From the NCBI GenBank assembly GCA_964482695.1, contig CAYZYP010000001.1:4143-68142 (forward strand): a stretch of 64,000 nucleotides of DNA, given 5' to 3'. This document shows, one piece after another, positions 1-9,024 of this stretch; position 1 is the stretch's first letter; the number at the start of each line of letters is the position of its first letter. Made by a program: the position numbers and the translations under genes. The notes under the pieces were generated by a model. That model saw only the letters and a list, made by a program, of their open reading frames with translations. It was not told where the DNA came from and did no database searches. The DNA comes from an uncultured Gammaproteobacteria bacterium. GTDB lineage: Bacteria > Patescibacteriota > Patescibacteriia > Magasanikbacterales > GWA2-37-8.

Positions 1-19
1 TATATGATTAATATCATTT

Positions 20-811
20 ATGAAATATTGGCAATTAAACAATACTTGGTTACAAAGGCATTTGGCTTATCCAGCGCGGGTGGTTGTGTGGACCATTGCA
101 GACGTAGCTAATTTTATCGTCTTTCCTTTTATTTGGTTGGCTGTTTATGGTGACAGGCAAATTATTGCCGGCTTCACGCGCTCCGATATTGTTACTTATT
201 ATATTATAATCGCTTTTATTAGTCTTGGTTTTAGTTCTCATATCTCCGCTTATTTGCGTCAGGATATAATGGAGGGTGGGCTTAATACTGTTTTAGTTAG
301 GCCACTCAAGTATTTTTGGTATCGTTTCTTGCATGAATTATCTTATCGTATTGTAGCAGTTACTATCGCTATCTTTTTATTAGCGGTAGTGTTTATATTT
401 TTGCCACAATATATTATTCTACCAAAAAATATTGTTGGTGTTTGTTTGTTTATTCTTTCCTTATTTTTTTCTTTTTTAATATCTCATTTATTACAATGCG
501 TCATCGGTTATAGTTCTTTTTGGTTGGGTGAAACAGGCGCGGCCGATGGCATTAGGCATTTGTTGGAAAAGGTATTTTCTGGTGAATTGGCGCCTTTAGT
601 TTTTTTCCCAGTATATTTACAAATTACCGCCTCTTACTTACCTTTTAAATATACAATATATTTCCCGGCACGGATTTATTTGGGACAGGCAAATGGTAAA
701 GAGTTAGTTATTGGTTTTATGGTGTCTATAGCTTGGGTAGTTGGTTTATTATTAATATCGAGTTTAATGTGGAAAAGAGGATTAAAAAAATATGATGGGG
801 CAGGGATATAA
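20..811 (+). CDS. ABC-2 family (ABC2_membrane_6/DUF990-type) permease
   Basis: 263 aa multi-pass membrane protein; 'I.EG.L...L.RP', 'FSG...PL.FFP', 'W.RGLKKY.GAG' motifs; followed by a second permease and an ATPase. Confidence 0.85.
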   Translation: MKYWQLNNTWLQRHLAYPARVVVWTIADVANFIVFPFIWLAVYGDRQIIAGFTRSDIVTYYIIIAFISLGFSSHISAYLRQDIMEGGLNTVLVRPLKYFWYRFLHELSYRIVAVTIAIFLLAVVFIFLPQYIILPKNIVGVCLFILSLFFSFLISHLLQCVIGYSSFWLGETGAADGIRHLLEKVFSGELAPLVFFPVYLQITASYLPFKYTIYFPARIYLGQANGKELVIGFMVSIAWVVGLLLISSLMWKRGLKKYDGAGI

Positions 812-849
812 TAAATTTTATTTTAAGTACGCGTAAATGTTATGCCTGG

Positions 850-919
850 CGCCAGCGGAAAAGACTTTTTGAATCGGCGGGCTATCGCCTCGCCGCTCAA
901 AAAGTATTTTCCGCTGGCG
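850..919 (+). repeat. Palindromic intergenic element, family A copy 1
   Basis: cgccagcggaaaagactttttga...ggc-tatc-gcc...tcaaaaagtattttccgctggcg; near-identical copy at 42918-42983. Confidence 0.9.
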
Positions 920-947
920 AATTGACATAAAGACTAATTTTTTTGGC

Positions 948-1742
948 ATGAACCTAAAAAAATATTCTAAAATTTACAAAGTATTTGTGGAAAATGGTAT
1001 TTCCTATGTTACGCAATATCGACATGATAATTGGCTGAATATTTTGGTGCATGTTTTGTGGTTGGGAATGCTATTTTTAACCATTGAAATAATTTTTGGT
1101 CAAACTAACGCTATACTGGGCTGGTCTAAGCAAGAGGTGTATTTATTAACAGTGTTTTGGAGTATGGTTGACGAGGTGTTTGTTATTATTTTTAATGGTA
1201 ATCTGCCGCGCATTCCGGATGTGGTGACAGATGGCAAGCTTGATTTAATCTTGGTCAAACCGGTCAGCACTTTGTTTATGGTCAGCACCAATTTTTTCTT
1301 GTTTAGAGGCGTTTATCGATTAATTACTGTTCTTTTTGTTTTGGGTTGGTTATTTTGGCATTTTGATTATGGTTTTACTATTTGGCATTGGCCGTTATTT
1401 ATAATATTGGCATTAGGATCTATTATGGTTCAATACGCGGTTTATTTAATTATTAATACTTTAAGTTTTTGGTTTTTGCGCATTAACAATATTAATGACG
1501 CGGTGCGTTCTTTTGAGGTTATGGGTCGGTTTCCGTTTAATGTTTTTCCCAAGACAATTAAAATTATCTTTTTTACTGTTTTACCAATTGCTTTCAACGC
1601 TTATGTGCCGATGTCTATTGCTCTTAATCGTTGGCCATGGTATGGGATATTATATGCTTTTGTTTTTGTCATTTTTATTTTTTCACTGTCAATAAAATTT
1701 TGGCATTTTGCCGTTAAAAGGTATTCCAGCGCGTCGAGTTAA
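948..1742 (+). CDS. ABC-2 family (ABC2_membrane_6) permease
   Basis: Hydrophobic; 'GKLDLILVKP', 'RFP..VFP', C-terminal 'RYSSASS'. Confidence 0.85.
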   Translation: MNLKKYSKIYKVFVENGISYVTQYRHDNWLNILVHVLWLGMLFLTIEIIFGQTNAILGWSKQEVYLLTVFWSMVDEVFVIIFNGNLPRIPDVVTDGKLDLILVKPVSTLFMVSTNFFLFRGVYRLITVLFVLGWLFWHFDYGFTIWHWPLFIILALGSIMVQYAVYLIINTLSFWFLRINNINDAVRSFEVMGRFPFNVFPKTIKIIFFTVLPIAFNAYVPMSIALNRWPWYGILYAFVFVIFIFSLSIKFWHFAVKRYSSASS

Positions 1743-1760
1743 AATTTAATAACTAATTTT

Positions 1761-2744
1761 ATGTCCATCATCACCCTTAAAAATCTTTCCAAAACTTACG
1801 AATATTATAAAAAAGAACCGGGATTGCGGAATTCAATAAAAGGTTTGTTTCATCGTGAAAAATTATTTGCCAAAGCAGTGCGAGAAGTTAATTTTGAGAT
1901 AGCAGAAGGAGAGTTAGTTGGCTTTTTGGGCCCTAATGGCGCTGGTAAAACAACCACTCTAAAAATGTTATCTGGCATTATTTACCCTACCAGTGGTGAC
2001 GCGCGTGTCTTGGGGTTTCAACCATGGAAAAGGCAGGTGGTGTTTCAAAAACAGTTTGCCATTGTCATGGGCATGAAAAGCCAATTATGGTGGGATTTGC
2101 CAGCCATGGAAACTTTTATTTTAAATAAAGAAATTTACGAAGTGCCAGATAACCAATTTAAAGATCGTTTGAGAGAATTGTCGGAATTATTAGAAATTAC
2201 CGATCTTATCAATATACCAGTACGCAAATTATCTTTGGGACAGCGCATGAAATGCGAGTTAGTAGCCGCTTTAATTCATTCGCCCAAGGTGCTGTTTTTA
2301 GACGAGCCAACCATTGGTTTGGATGTTGTGTCGCAAAACAAGGTCAGGGAATTTTTAAAAGAGTATAATAAAAAGAAAAAAATAACTATTTTACTAACTT
2401 CTCACTATATGGAAGACGTTCAGGCCTTGTGTGAGCGGGTGATTATAATCAACCACGGCCAGTTAATTTATGATGGGAAATTACAAAATTTACTAGATAA
2501 ATATATTGATCATAAAATTTTGGAAGTAACTTTTTTAGAAAAAGTCGCTAAAAAAGATTTAGTGGGTATGGGTGAAATAAAAGAATGGGATCCAAAGAGG
2601 ATAGTTTTGGCAGTGCCTAAAATTGAAGCAAAAAAAGTGGCCGCTAGTATTTTGCAAAATCTGCCTGTTGATGACATTTTGATAAATGAAGTGGACATAG
2701 AGGATGTGGTAAGAAAGGTGTTTATTAGCGACGCAGTTGAGTGA
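1761..2744 (+). CDS. ABC transporter ATP-binding subunit
   Basis: Walker A GPNGAGKTT, signature LSLGQ, Walker B LFLDEPT, H-loop SH. Confidence 0.95.
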   Translation: MSIITLKNLSKTYEYYKKEPGLRNSIKGLFHREKLFAKAVREVNFEIAEGELVGFLGPNGAGKTTTLKMLSGIIYPTSGDARVLGFQPWKRQVVFQKQFAIVMGMKSQLWWDLPAMETFILNKEIYEVPDNQFKDRLRELSELLEITDLINIPVRKLSLGQRMKCELVAALIHSPKVLFLDEPTIGLDVVSQNKVREFLKEYNKKKKITILLTSHYMEDVQALCERVIIINHGQLIYDGKLQNLLDKYIDHKILEVTFLEKVAKKDLVGMGEIKEWDPKRIVLAVPKIEAKKVAASILQNLPVDDILINEVDIEDVVRKVFISDAVE

Positions 2745-2790
2745 AATGTGGAAGCATTAGCTTCCACATTTCCGAGACGAGGAGCTAATA
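2723..2790 (+). repeat. Structured palindromic element, family D copy 1 (overlaps ATPase 3' end)
   Basis: tattagc-gacgca-gtt-gagt-[gaaatgtggaagc atta gcttccacatttc]-cgagac-gagga-gctaata; same scaffold at 62561-62622. Confidence 0.8.
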
Positions 2791-2834
2791 TAGAGTTAGT
2801 ATCCTATATTTCTGGTATAAAGAGTTAATTTTTT

Positions 2835-4652
2835 ATGATTAAAAAACTATTCAAACTTCACTCCAAATTCCAACCAGCTGGCGACCAACCGCAAGCGATA
2901 GAAAAACTAATTAAAGGTATAGAAAAAGGGGATAGATACCAAACTTTAAAAGGCGTTACCGGTTCTGGAAAAACCTTTACCATGGCTAATGTGATAGCCA
3001 ATTTTGATATGCCGATACTTGTGATGGCGCCAAACAAAGCTTTGGCCGCGCAGTTGTATCGTGAGTATAAAAATTTTTTTCCGGAAAATTCTGTTAATTA
3101 TTTTGTTTCCTATTATGATTATTATCAACCAGAAGCGTATCTCCCTACCAGCGACACTTATATAGACAAAGAAGCGATGATTAACGAAGAAATAGATCGT
3201 TTGCGTCACGAGGCAACTAGCGCCTTGGCCACTAGAAAAGATGTGATAGTGGTAGCATCTGTTTCTTGTATCTATAATCTTGGTTTGCCAGAGAGTTATA
3301 CCGCGTCGTCTTTGCATTTGTGTCTTGGCCAATCAATTACGCGTGGTGATTTAACAAGGCAATTGGTAAAAATTCAATTTGAGCGTACTCCGGGGGCTTT
3401 GAGTCGCGGTAAATTTAGAGTGCGCGGTGATGACTTTGAAATTATGCCGGCAACAGGAGAAGTAATTTATCGGATAAGTTTGAGAGAACAGCAGGTGAAA
3501 GAAATATCCATTGTTAATTCTTTAACCAGAACAGTTAAAGAACAACTTAAAGAAATAATTATTTTTCCGGTAAAACATTTTGTTTCTTCTCAACCACAAA
3601 TTACGCGCGCGATAAAAGATATTAAAAGCGAGCTAAAAGAACGTTTATTATATTTTAAAAAGAAAAAGTTGTATATAGAAGAACAACGTTTAGAAAGGCG
3701 CGCTAGATATGACATGGAGATACTCAAAACATTAGGGTATTGCCATGGTATAGAAAATTATTCGCGCCATTTAACCGGCAAGTTAGCTGGTGAACCGCCA
3801 GAAACATTATTGGCCTATTTTCCTAAAAAAGAATTTCTTACCATCATTGACGAGTCGCACGTTGGTCTGCCGCAAGTGCGTGGTATGTATGAAGGTGATA
3901 AAAGCCGTAAAAATGTTTTGGTAGAATATGGTTGGCGTTTGCCATCGGCTTTAGACAATCGACCGCTTAAATTTAGCGAGTTTGAAGAACGAATTGGCCA
4001 GGTAATTTGTACGACAGCCACACCAGGGATTTTTGAATTAAAAAATTCAGTACAAATTGTAGAGCAAATTATTCGACCAACTGGCTTGATAGATCCACCG
4101 ATAGAAATTAAACCTGTTTTTGATAAAAAGAAAAATCAGGGTCAGATAGAAGATTTAATGAAAGAATTGGAAAAAATTGTTAAAAATAATGAAAGGGCGA
4201 TAGTTAATGTCTTAACCAAAAAAATGGCCGAGGACTTAAATGAATTTTTATTGAAGAAAAATTTTAAAGTTAATTACCTGCATTCAGACGTTAAAACATT
4301 ACAGCGCACGGAAATTATTACCAATTTTCGTAGAGGCAAGTTTAATGTTTTAATTGGCGTAAATTTATTACGCGAAGGTTTGGATTTACCAGAGGTAACA
4401 TTAGTAGCTATTTTAGACGCTGACAGAGAGGGGTTTTTACGTAGTGAATCCGCGCTTATTCAAACTATGGGTCGCACGGCGCGCAATGTTCGTGGCAAAG
4501 TTATTTTATACGCCGATACTATCACCGGCTCCATTAAACGCGCTATGAGTGAGGTTGAAATTCGGCGAAAAAAACAAATGGCTTATAACAAAAAACACGG
4601 CATTACTCCGCGCAGTATAGAAAAGGGGATAGAAGATACGTTTGAAAAATAG
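2835..4652 (+). CDS. uvrB: Excinuclease ABC subunit B (short C-terminus)
   Basis: PAGDQP, GVTGSGKT, FVSYYDYYQPEAY, DESH, LREGLDLPEV motifs. Confidence 0.97.
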   Translation: MIKKLFKLHSKFQPAGDQPQAIEKLIKGIEKGDRYQTLKGVTGSGKTFTMANVIANFDMPILVMAPNKALAAQLYREYKNFFPENSVNYFVSYYDYYQPEAYLPTSDTYIDKEAMINEEIDRLRHEATSALATRKDVIVVASVSCIYNLGLPESYTASSLHLCLGQSITRGDLTRQLVKIQFERTPGALSRGKFRVRGDDFEIMPATGEVIYRISLREQQVKEISIVNSLTRTVKEQLKEIIIFPVKHFVSSQPQITRAIKDIKSELKERLLYFKKKKLYIEEQRLERRARYDMEILKTLGYCHGIENYSRHLTGKLAGEPPETLLAYFPKKEFLTIIDESHVGLPQVRGMYEGDKSRKNVLVEYGWRLPSALDNRPLKFSEFEERIGQVICTTATPGIFELKNSVQIVEQIIRPTGLIDPPIEIKPVFDKKKNQGQIEDLMKELEKIVKNNERAIVNVLTKKMAEDLNEFLLKKNFKVNYLHSDVKTLQRTEIITNFRRGKFNVLIGVNLLREGLDLPEVTLVAILDADREGFLRSESALIQTMGRTARNVRGKVILYADTITGSIKRAMSEVEIRRKKQMAYNKKHGITPRSIEKGIEDTFEK

Positions 4653-4656
4653 TTTA

Positions 4657-4807
4657 TATTTACATCTTTAATATATTTATTTTTAGACACATAAATTTTT
4701 TCCAGCGAAAAAATTTATTTAAGTGCTCGGCAAAAATCCCGACTTCGTCAGGACCATGCATTTTTGCCTCGCAAACTCTAAAAATAAATATATTAAAGAT
4801 GTAAATA
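4657..4807 (+). repeat. Multi-hairpin element with 31-bp perfect terminal inverted repeat, family B copy 1
   Basis: Arms 4657-4687 and 4777-4807 are exact reverse complements; internal core matches the reverse complement of 16183-16327. Confidence 0.9.
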
Positions 4808-5221
4808 CTATCTAACTTTTGTTAAATCACCATTAATAATAATTGGTTTAACGGCTTCAATTTCGGTTTTGCAATATGGCATATCGGGAATAGAATTCCA
4901 CATAAATATTTTTTGGTTTAAAACATGGGCAAAGCCAATTTCCATTAAAGTATTACCGCCAACATAGTTTTTAATGTCATTTTTATCAAAGTTTAGAACT
5001 AATACCGCGTCCGCACCTTGCATTTTTTTCCAAAATTCCCGAATAGCGTCTTGATTATTTTTTTGCCGCAGTTTAATTTCTTCAATTTCCGCGTCGTTTT
5101 TACCGATCATCGGTTTGTGCAGGTCGGAAATAAAAGCATCGTGGCCTAGTTTATCTAGTTCATTTTTTACTTCTATCATTTTGTCAGTAAATTGCATCGA
5201 GCCGATTATGCCGATTTTCAT
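4808..5221 (-). CDS. Nucleoside 2-deoxyribosyltransferase-like (flavodoxin-fold) protein
   Basis: 'I.GSMQF', 'ADAVLVLN', 'YVGGNTLMEIGFA...KIF' resemble the NDT-like 'GT..E.G.A' motif. Confidence 0.6.
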   Translation of the reverse strand: MKIGIIGSMQFTDKMIEVKNELDKLGHDAFISDLHKPMIGKNDAEIEEIKLRQKNNQDAIREFWKKMQGADAVLVLNFDKNDIKNYVGGNTLMEIGFAHVLNQKIFMWNSIPDMPYCKTEIEAVKPIIINGDLTKVR

Positions 5222-5234
5222 ATAAATAAGAATT

Positions 5235-5450
5235 TTATTTTAATTCAAAAGTATAAACGACATTAATTATTTGATTTTCGTTTTTTACATCGCAAGAAAC
5301 TTGTTTATTGTTTAATGTGTATCGAAGTAATTTTCCATTAATTTTCACAGTCATAATCTCTTTTTCGGAAAGCGGTATGCCACCTTGCCAATCATATTCT
5401 CCTTTAAAATCTCCATTAATAAAGATTGCTTTGGTATTTTTTTTGATCAT
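5235..5450 (-). CDS. Small hypothetical protein (71 aa)
   Basis: ATG ORF tightly packed between two co-oriented ORFs; no motif recognised. Confidence 0.55.
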   Translation of the reverse strand: MIKKNTKAIFINGDFKGEYDWQGGIPLSEKEIMTVKINGKLLRYTLNNKQVSCDVKNENQIINVVYTFELK

Positions 5451-5455
5451 AAATA

Positions 5456-5797
5456 TTAAGGATAAAATTTTAACTCGCAGTTTCCTCCTACCAGTGAATA
5501 TAATATGCTTCGGACAGTCGCGTCTGTTTCTTTGGTTCTTTCGGGTTGTGAGGTTAGTCGATTTTCTCCTACAAGGGGAGGCTTAATCTCAAGACGTTCT
5601 CCTCTATTCATTACCGACCAGCCTTTTCCTAATTTTTCTGTAAATGTAGATTCCCAATCCGCGGGTATACTTGTTGGGTCGGAATACGGACCCAATGGGA
5701 GGTTTTTAATCACATATTCATTCTCATGTCCTCCCAATCCAAATTCAATAGTGATATGTGGTTTTTGTAATTGTTCTTTTCCATTTTCTGTTAACAT
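5456..5797 (-). CDS. Hypothetical protein (113 aa)
   Basis: ATG ORF, first of three co-oriented small genes; no motif recognised. Confidence 0.55.
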   Translation of the reverse strand: MLTENGKEQLQKPHITIEFGLGGHENEYVIKNLPLGPYSDPTSIPADWESTFTEKLGKGWSVMNRGERLEIKPPLVGENRLTSQPERTKETDATVRSILYSLVGGNCELKFYP

Positions 5798-5963
5798 ATT
5801 GGTTTTTTGAAGATTAATTAAGAAATAATATTATATTTTCGTTTATTATACCACTCCCATACTCAATAAATCAATAAATTTAGGGTTTGACTACCACCCC
5901 AACTAATGCTAAATTACCCACATACCCCCCTAGACCGTCAAAAAGCGGTTGATTTCATGTTTT

Positions 5964-8465
5964 ATGGAAGACAAAATCATCATCAAAGGCGCCAGAGTGC
6001 ATAATTTAAAAAATATCTCTCTGGAAATACCAAAGAATAAAATAACGGTAATTACCGGCGTTTCTGGTAGTGGTAAATCCAGTCTAGCTTTTGATACTAT
6101 TTTTGCCGAAGGGCAGAGAAGATATATAGAATCATTATCTCCGTATGCCAGGCAATTTTTGGGTCAAATGGAAAGGGCTGATGTTGATGAAATAAATGGT
6201 TTATCACCAGCCATTGCCATAGACCAAAAAGCCCTTAGCCACAACCCACGTTCCACTGTTGGCACCCTAACCGAAATTTACGATTATTTACGTGTTTTGT
6301 ACGCCCGCTTAGGCGAGGTATATTGCCCGCAGTGTGATTTAAAAATAGAAAAATTAACAACCGACGAGATGTTGGATATAGTTATTGGCCAAGCCGAAGA
6401 ATTAGACGAAAAAATAGTCACCATATTTTCACCAGTCGTGCGCGAGCGCAAAGGGGAGTATTACCAATTGTTATATGATTTCTTAAATCTGGGATTTGAT
6501 CAAGCGCGCGTTGATGGGGCGTTAGTTTCTTTGCATGAAAGAATAAACTTAGCTCGTTACAAAAAACATAATATTGAAATAATGATTGATAGAGTAATGA
6601 TAAGTGATGTCAGCCGGTTAAACGAAGCCATAGAAAGTGCTTTACATCATAGCAAAGGATTGGTATTGGCAGTGTTTAAAGAAAAATCAAAAGAACCAAT
6701 AGAACGGTTATTATCCAGTAACTGGTCGTGCTCTAACGATGGTTTTTCTTTTCCCGAAATAGAGCCAAGACTTTTTTCTTTTAATAGTCCGGCTGGCGCT
6801 TGCCCGGATTGTCATGGTTTAGGGAAAGTAGAAATGTTTTCCAAAGAAATTTGTCCGGTTTGCCAAGGCAAGCGTTTAAAGCCAGAAGCCCTATCGGTAA
6901 AAATTAAGCATAAAAATATTTTTGAGGTTGCTTCCATGACCATAGAAGACATGTATACATTTTTTATTCAATACGAAATCAAAATGACTGAACGCCAAAA
7001 ATTAATAGCCCATCACGCCACTCGCGAAATTACCGACCGTTTAAAATTTTTACTGGAAGTTGGTTTGGACTATATTACCCTTTCTCGCGAATCTCATACT
7101 TTGTCTGGTGGTGAAGCCCAACGCATCAGATTATCTTCACAAATAGGTTCGCGTTTATCAAACACGTTATATGTTTTAGATGAACCTACCATTGGTTTAC
7201 ATGAACGCGACACCGATCGCTTGATAAAAACTTTAAAATCTTTACGCGATGCCAATAATACAGTTATCGTAGTTGAGCATGATGAACGGACGATTAAAGA
7301 ATCAGATTATTTGGTTGACCTTGGCCCCTTGGCCGGCGAACATGGGGGAGAGGTGGTGTACGTAGGGACAGGTCTAGACCTGTCCCTACAAGGCGATAAA
7401 TCTCGATCTCTTACCATCCAATACCTCACCAACCAACGCCAAGTAGAGGTGCCTAAAAAACGTCGCTGGAAAGAGACCGAAGAATTGTCTATTATCGGCG
7501 CGCGAATAAATAATCTTAAAAACATCAATGTTAAAATACCTTTACGCAAGTTTGTTTGTGTTTCTGGTGTTTCCGGCAGTGGTAAATCTTCGCTACTTTA
7601 TGATACTCTTTACGAAAATATTAATAGAATAAAAAGTAGATACAAAACATTGGAAGGTGCCAGTAAAATTACCGGTACTGAATATTTTGAAAAGGCAGTT
7701 ATTGTTGATCAGTCGCCAATTGGCCGCACCCCGCGTTCTAACCCAGCGACCTATACTGGCATTTTTACCCCTATTCGCGAATTTTTTGCTTCTTTAGAAG
7801 ATTCGCGTACGCGCGGCTATACTATTTCGCGCTTTTCTTTTAATGTCGCTGGCGGGCGTTGTGAAGCTTGCGAAGGCGCGGGAGCAAATTTAATAGAAAT
7901 GCATTTTTTGCCTCCCGTACTAGTGCCGTGCGAAGTTTGTCATGGCAAAAGATTTAGCCGTGAAACATTACAAGTTAAACATAAAAAGAAAAATATTGCC
8001 GATGTTTTAAAAATGACAGTTAGCGAAGCCGTTAAGTTTTTTGAACATATTTATTCTATCACTGACAAGTTAAAAGTTTTGCAAGAAGTTGGTTTGGGTT
8101 ATTTACAACTTGGCCAATCAGCCACTACTTTGTCTGGCGGCGAAGCTCAACGTATTAAGCTGGCGCGCGAATTAACTCAGCCATTAGGTCGTCGAACACT
8201 TTATTTACTCGACGAACCAACCGTTGGCTTGCACTACTTTGATATTGAAATGTTGCTGATGGTAATAAATAAATTAGTAGATAAAGGCAATTCCGTTATC
8301 ATGATAGAACACAATCTGCATATTTTAAAGTCTTGCGACTATATTATTGATCTAGGGCCCGAAGGCGGTGAAAAAGGCGGGCGAGTAGTGGCCAAGGGCA
8401 CGCCCGAAGAAGTAGGCGATAATCCTAATTCTTATACAGGGATGTATTTAAGAGAGATGTTGTAA
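5964..8465 (+). CDS. uvrA: Excinuclease ABC subunit A
   Basis: GARVHNLKN, two GVSGSGKSS Walker A motifs, LSGGEAQR twice, Zn fingers; start moved to ATG 5964. Confidence 0.97.
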   Translation: MEDKIIIKGARVHNLKNISLEIPKNKITVITGVSGSGKSSLAFDTIFAEGQRRYIESLSPYARQFLGQMERADVDEINGLSPAIAIDQKALSHNPRSTVGTLTEIYDYLRVLYARLGEVYCPQCDLKIEKLTTDEMLDIVIGQAEELDEKIVTIFSPVVRERKGEYYQLLYDFLNLGFDQARVDGALVSLHERINLARYKKHNIEIMIDRVMISDVSRLNEAIESALHHSKGLVLAVFKEKSKEPIERLLSSNWSCSNDGFSFPEIEPRLFSFNSPAGACPDCHGLGKVEMFSKEICPVCQGKRLKPEALSVKIKHKNIFEVASMTIEDMYTFFIQYEIKMTERQKLIAHHATREITDRLKFLLEVGLDYITLSRESHTLSGGEAQRIRLSSQIGSRLSNTLYVLDEPTIGLHERDTDRLIKTLKSLRDANNTVIVVEHDERTIKESDYLVDLGPLAGEHGGEVVYVGTGLDLSLQGDKSRSLTIQYLTNQRQVEVPKKRRWKETEELSIIGARINNLKNINVKIPLRKFVCVSGVSGSGKSSLLYDTLYENINRIKSRYKTLEGASKITGTEYFEKAVIVDQSPIGRTPRSNPATYTGIFTPIREFFASLEDSRTRGYTISRFSFNVAGGRCEACEGAGANLIEMHFLPPVLVPCEVCHGKRFSRETLQVKHKKKNIADVLKMTVSEAVKFFEHIYSITDKLKVLQEVGLGYLQLGQSATTLSGGEAQRIKLARELTQPLGRRTLYLLDEPTVGLHYFDIEMLLMVINKLVDKGNSVIMIEHNLHILKSCDYIIDLGPEGGEKGGRVVAKGTPEEVGDNPNSYTGMYLREML
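7362..7389. repeat. GTAG-type REP-like perfect palindrome, in frame within uvrA
   Basis: gtagggacaggtct|agacctgtccctac, translated VGTGLDLSL; relatives at 15118 and 22315. Confidence 0.85.
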
Positions 8466-8467
8466 TT

Positions 8468-8725
8468 CTATTGATAAATGTCATGAGTACCAATTGAATG
8501 GAAGATAATTATATCATTCTGTCCAAATTCAAAAATAATACGGTATTTGTAACCAATAGAGAATGACCAAAAATTTTTAAGTCGGCCGCTAAGTTTGTGA
8601 GTTTTTAGTGATGGTGCGTGGCAATTTTCACGAAAAATTTGTTCGTTTTCTTCAGCGGTATCTTTAATATTATTAGGCAATTTTTTATACTCCCGAGCAA
8701 ATTTGGGAGTATAGACGATTTTCAT
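8468..8725 (-). CDS. RelE/ParE superfamily (YafQ/StbE-like) mRNA interferase toxin
   Basis: 85 aa basic protein: 'F.REYKKL', 'LKTHKLSG.L', 'YRIIF', 'IGTHDIY'. Confidence 0.85.
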   Translation of the reverse strand: MKIVYTPKFAREYKKLPNNIKDTAEENEQIFRENCHAPSLKTHKLSGRLKNFWSFSIGYKYRIIFEFGQNDIIIFHSIGTHDIYQ

Positions 8726-8727
8726 AA

Positions 8728-8943
8728 TTAACGTAAATCTTTAAGGGATTGAAGTGGTTTTGCTTTGCCAGCGGCAAATTCTTTTCTGCTTTTTTCTAGT
8801 TCATAAATAATTTTATTTTCCATTCGTTCACGTAAAATATGGCGAAAGAATTCGCTTACCGAAGCAAAACCACCAGTTTTAACCTCGTTCTTTATTTCTC
8901 TAACCATGATATTAGGTAAAGAGATATTTACAATATTGCGCAT
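8728..8943 (-). CDS. Ribbon-helix-helix antitoxin
   Basis: 'VNISLP...GFASVSEFFRHILRE' RHH pattern; lies 2 nt upstream of the toxin. Confidence 0.8.
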   Translation of the reverse strand: MRNIVNISLPNIMVREIKNEVKTGGFASVSEFFRHILRERMENKIIYELEKSRKEFAAGKAKPLQSLKDLR

Positions 8944-8950
8944 AGACTTA

Positions 8951-9015
8951 ATGTTATATGTAATAAATTGTAATAATTTGTATTACAATCATAACATGCT
9001 GCAAATTTTTGTCAA
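8951..9015 (-). promoter_or_regulatory. Toxin-antitoxin promoter with inverted-repeat operator
   Basis: Minus strand TTGACA (9015-9010), 16 nt spacer, TGn-TATGAT; IR ttgtaata-N5-tattacaa at 8968-8988. Confidence 0.6.
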
Positions 9016-9024
9016 GTGCAAATT

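Noticed and set aside
2723-2790. Family D as a hammerhead ribozyme
   Set aside because: GAAA is present but there is no CUGANGA core or three-way junction on either strand.
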